Source of the DNA: Tubiluchus corallicola
Taxonomy: Eukaryota; Animalia; Priapulida
NCBI GenBank assembly: GCA_030141605.1
Contig: JAQGDQ010001831.1
Span: 1 to 23,809 of the forward strand
DNA length: 23,809 bases
Direction of reading: 5' to 3'
Below, one piece after another: positions 21,401 through 23,809 of this stretch. Both the position numbers and the translations under genes were made by a program. Every line of letters begins with the position of its first letter. The stretch's first letter is position 1. The notes below the pieces were generated by a model. It was not told the origin of the DNA, ran no database searches, and saw nothing but the letters and a program-made list of their open reading frames with translations.

Positions 21401-22300
21401 CAACAGCAGAGCATTACAGTAGAACGCTTGACTTTAACTTATCACTGGTAATGATTATAACTGGTATTTTTCATTTTAAGAAAAACAAAGGCTTGCGAGA
21501 TTTGAACATCAGCCACAATAAGTTTGGAGACGACGGTGCTGAAATGCTAAGCAAAGCTTTATGTATGTAAAAACTTAAATACTGCAAAGTATACACAACT
21601 GCTAACTAGTACACTGTAACACAAGTTACATTTACAAATGTTTCAATGAGGTATTTTCCTTTGTAGAATTTAACACTCCCTCCATGCACACTTATCAAGA
21701 GATAAATCAAATTGAATTGAATTGAATTGCATGCTTGAATTCCGCAGTCAACAAAAGGACCTACTTGATGTGCTTGGTTGAGGCAAGACTGGAATCTAGA
21801 TCATATTATCAAGATTAATTTTCTAGCACTGACCCACCAGATCCACCTAAACATTCTAGTCTAAACATATTTGAGGAAGTGTTCAAAGAAGCAGAAGTTT
21901 TCAATTAAATTTAAACAAAACAAAACATAGTTAGCAGTTAAGTATCGTCATAGAAACACTGCAAGTTTCAGCAGAAATGTTAAACGCACTTTGTCACCTT
22001 TGAAACCAAAAAGAATATTCAATTCAGTGCAATAAAAAAATGCCCACTGGTGAATTTCACGCAAATGAATTTTTAAGCTGTAACTCTTTGCTATCACAAT
22101 ATCCTCTGTCGGCATTACTCAACTTTCTTCACTGGTCAGCAGACTGGTCATTGCTTCTGCATTGTACAAACTGATTATTGTTGTTTTCTGCTGTACGTTG
22201 TTGTTTATTTACAGACAGAAATGTTTACCTGCGCAGTTTTGACATCAGCTGGAACAGAATCACATCCATGGGTGGACAAGCAATTGCGAGGTCTATGGAG
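15443..22300 (+). CDS. RNI-like leucine-rich repeat protein, LRRC74A/B-like, 3' end outside window; join(15443..15468,15731..16389,17245..17417,17961..18068,19790..19933,21481..21562,22215..22300)
   Basis: Seven phase-compatible GT-AG exons give 426 codons. A long hydrophilic N-terminus is followed by YLQICEDLGLTPLRYFAR...YSLGALGLLPIARTL and five exact 28-aa LRRs (LNKTVTALYLEGNTLGERGGQYLASLLE / TNTLLRTMCIAENNLGDEGGRAIANALV / INFSLQTLDLSGNNLSDKLARDMAEALR / KNKGLRDLNISHNKFGDDGAEMLSKALY / RNVYLRSFDISWNRITSMGGQAIARSME). The LRRC74 assignment rests on recalled similarity of the pre-LRR cap and SWN motif, not a search. Confidence 0.88.
15731..16389 (+). CDS. LRR gene exon 2, low-complexity N/K/S-rich region
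   Basis: Polypyrimidine tract and tttag acceptor; 659 nt open; donor AAG/GTAACT; phase 1 fits the next exon. Confidence 0.85.
16569..17049 (-). mobile_element. Tc1/mariner-pogo-type MITE, copy 2 (inverted relative to copy 1)
   Basis: ta-CAATCAACCTCG ... CGAGGTTGACTG-ta; carries the reverse complement of GGGTGTATCTAGACCTGTACTTTTCTGTACTTTTACCC from copy 1. Confidence 0.9.
17245..17417 (+). CDS. LRR gene exon 3
   Basis: ttgtag acceptor; QDYQPDRDFYLQICEDLGLTP...PIARTLM; donor GTATAT. Confidence 0.88.
17961..18068 (+). CDS. LRR gene exon 4
   Basis: ttgtag acceptor; LNKTVTALYLEGNTLGERGGQYLASLLETNTLLRTM; donor GTATGA. Confidence 0.92.
18299..18710. repeat. Tandem array, 5 x 82 bp
   Basis: TGATCTTTTGAYGCCTTTTATTCACTTAGTGA...CAGCCAACAAGCACTGAAATTT starts at 18299, 18381, 18463, 18546 and 18628. 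Confidence 0.97.
19790..19933 (+). CDS. LRR gene exon 5
   Basis: tcacag acceptor; CIAENNLGDEGG...LDLSGNNLSDKLARDMAEALR; donor GTACGC. Confidence 0.92.
19922..20097. repeat. Tandem duplication, 2 x ~87 bp, overlapping an exon end and donor
   Basis: GCTGTATAATGACG..TAAACTCATCA..TCAACATTAAATAA..TTTTTAACTTTGTT begins at 19938 and 20025. Confidence 0.88.
20388..21408. repeat. CAA/CAG-rich compound minisatellite, ~60-bp unit, roughly 17 copies
   Basis: Unit AACAGAATAGCAAGAATGA(CAA)n(CAG)nTGACAGCAATAA(CAA)nCAGCA; it explains the poly-L, poly-C and poly-T ORFs. Confidence 0.97.
21481..21562 (+). CDS. LRR gene exon 6
   Basis: tttaag acceptor; KNKGLRDLNISHNKFGDDGAEMLSKAL; donor GTATGT. Confidence 0.9.
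22215..22300 (+). CDS. LRR gene exon 7
   Basis: ttacag acceptor; RNVYLRSFDISWNRITSMGGQAIARSME; donor GTACAA. Confidence 0.9.
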
Positions 22301-22311
22301 GTACAATCACT

Positions 22312-22764
22312 TTCTTCTTCTTCTTCCCAGCTTCTTCCCTATTCGGGGTCGCCGTTGTGAATGAGTCTTCCCTTCCCACATGATCTTCACCGACTCTTCT
22401 TTTCAGGTGTCCGTACCATCGCAATCTTGCGAGGCTTCCATTACTTTTACTGTTCCTCTGATATTATTATTTCTAATTTTATCTCTTCTTGTTATTCCCA
22501 CCATCCATCTCAACATCCTCATCTCCACCACACCCATTTTCTTCTCTTCAGTCTTCTTTAGAGAAGCTGCTTCCAGCTCATAGATTAGAGCGGGTCTGAC
22601 CACTTCTTTGCGGATTTTACCTTTAAGTCTCACCGACTCATTCATAGAAGGTTTTGGCGCAGTTTTTACAGGCGGATGCCCTTCCTGACCCTAACCTTCC
22701 CTATTTATCCGGTGTTGGGACCGGCACTGAGTTGGGCTGGCTTGCCTCTCCCCAGTGGCTAGGT
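22312..22764 (-). mobile_element. Non-autonomous, internally deleted (bipartite) RTE retroposon
   Basis: The reverse complement starts with an RTE-like 5' UTR (AGTGCCGGTCCCAACACCGGATAAATAGGGAAGG...CAGGAAGGGCATCCGCCTGTAAAA), joins directly to the ORF C-terminus (VRLKGKI..VVRPALIY..EMRMLRWMVGITRRDKIRN) and ends in (GAA)n. Flanked by TGGAGGTAC repeats. Confidence 0.88.
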
Positions 22765-23340
22765 TGGAGGTACGATGATCGCTTTATCACCAATTTATCA
22801 TAACTACCTCTAGTAGGGCTACCTGCACGTGTTGTCAACATGACAGTTTGATGTAACGTAATTTGTAGAAGCAAATTTTTATTGGATGCAGACATATTCA
22901 GACATAGTTTTAGCAGAAACTCAAAGAAACGAGTATGCTTATGTCTAAACGAAAACAGCATGTTTAAGTGAGTCTTGTAATATTCATCTGACTTACATTA
23001 TACCACTATTCATTGAACTATGTTTGTCAATGAACTGATGCAGTTTGGAGCTGGGAGTTTTGTAAGGTCAATTTTTTAAATGTAAGAAAATAATTTAATT
23101 TATAGCCCATTTTATATCCTTTTATAAACGATGCTCTCTCAACTTCCTAATTGTAAACAGTTTGTTTGGAGTACTCTTCATAATCTTGTCCTACGCATTT
23201 CTAGATGCAAAGCTGTTGCATATCCTTCCTCTGGGTCTCTTCTCTGTGGAATTCTTTATTACAAAATTGTTTTCCTATTAACTGCAACCGCACCAAATTG
23301 AAGAATAAGTCAATAGTTTCTACTGTAGCAGTATATTACT

Positions 23341-23809
23341 TTGTTGGCATCCTTCTGTCTCGGAAGACAATTGTATGGGAATATAACAAGTACAATGAGG
23401 TCGACTCATCACGGGGTGATCCACGATCTTTACTTGGAGATGAATAACTACCAATATTCTGATAATACTTTTCAGGCGGTGGAGACAGAGGGCTGCTATC
23501 GCTACTCGCGGCCGAGCCAAAGGTCAGTCTCTGTCACGAGATGTGTCTGACTGTTGCCTGGTGAGCGGCTTTTGATGGCTTTGCCAACCTCACAGGTTTT
23601 GGTGGCTCAGCACACTCTATCTGTTGATAAATGGGTGGCTTGTGTGTTGTAGGTGGCCATCATTGATGGGTTCATCTCCAAGTATGTCCCTCTCCATCTT
23701 CTCTGACTCCTGCTTGCGCAAGGTCATGCGATTTTGTACCTCTTGCAACTCCTGACACAAGAGCTTTTTGTTGGCAGATTTCATCAATCCCATATGCCCT
23801 TCTGGTCGA
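23341..23809 (-). mobile_element. Decayed 3' end of a second RTE-type LINE family (cut by window edge)
   Basis: Ends in ATTGTCTTCCGAGACAGAAGGATGCCAACAA, identical to the SINE tail. The upstream sequence is GC-richer, unrelated to the SINE body, and only faintly ORF-like (MKSAN..., RDRD*...LHR). Confidence 0.6.

Noticed and set aside
20238-21403. Poly-Leu and poly-Cys ORFs resembling membrane or metallothionein-like proteins
   Set aside because: They are antisense translations of the CAA/CAG minisatellite.
23205-23550. Candidate next LRR exon after the acceptor-like sites at 23205 and 23475
   Set aside because: The phase-0 translations lack the 28-aa LRR pattern, and much of the region is antisense LINE remnant.

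Overview
AT-rich, intron-containing animal (invertebrate-like) genomic DNA, not prokaryotic. It holds three spliced genes. (1) Gamma-glutamyl hydrolase (GGH), minus strand, 8 coding exons from 9196 to 306, last exon outside the window. (2) A complete NDUFA6, minus strand, 3 exons from 13942 to 10754, 124 aa. (3) An RNI-like leucine-rich-repeat gene (LRRC74-like), plus strand, 7 exons from 15443 to 22300, divergent from NDUFA6 and continuing past the window. The introns are crowded with repeats: two copies of a 5S rRNA-headed SINE whose 3' tail matches a decayed RTE-type LINE end also in the window; two copies of a second, internally deleted RTE element, one whose apparent TSD duplicated a splice donor; two inverted solo LTRs each followed by a ~169-bp duplicated segment; two copies of a TA-flanked MITE; a MITE whose terminal inverted repeat expanded into a 30 x 27-bp minisatellite; a CR1 fragment; a ~224-bp foldback palindrome; and several tandem arrays. 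Most supplied ORFs are repeat artefacts or exon fragments. All calls come from manual reading, with no database search.
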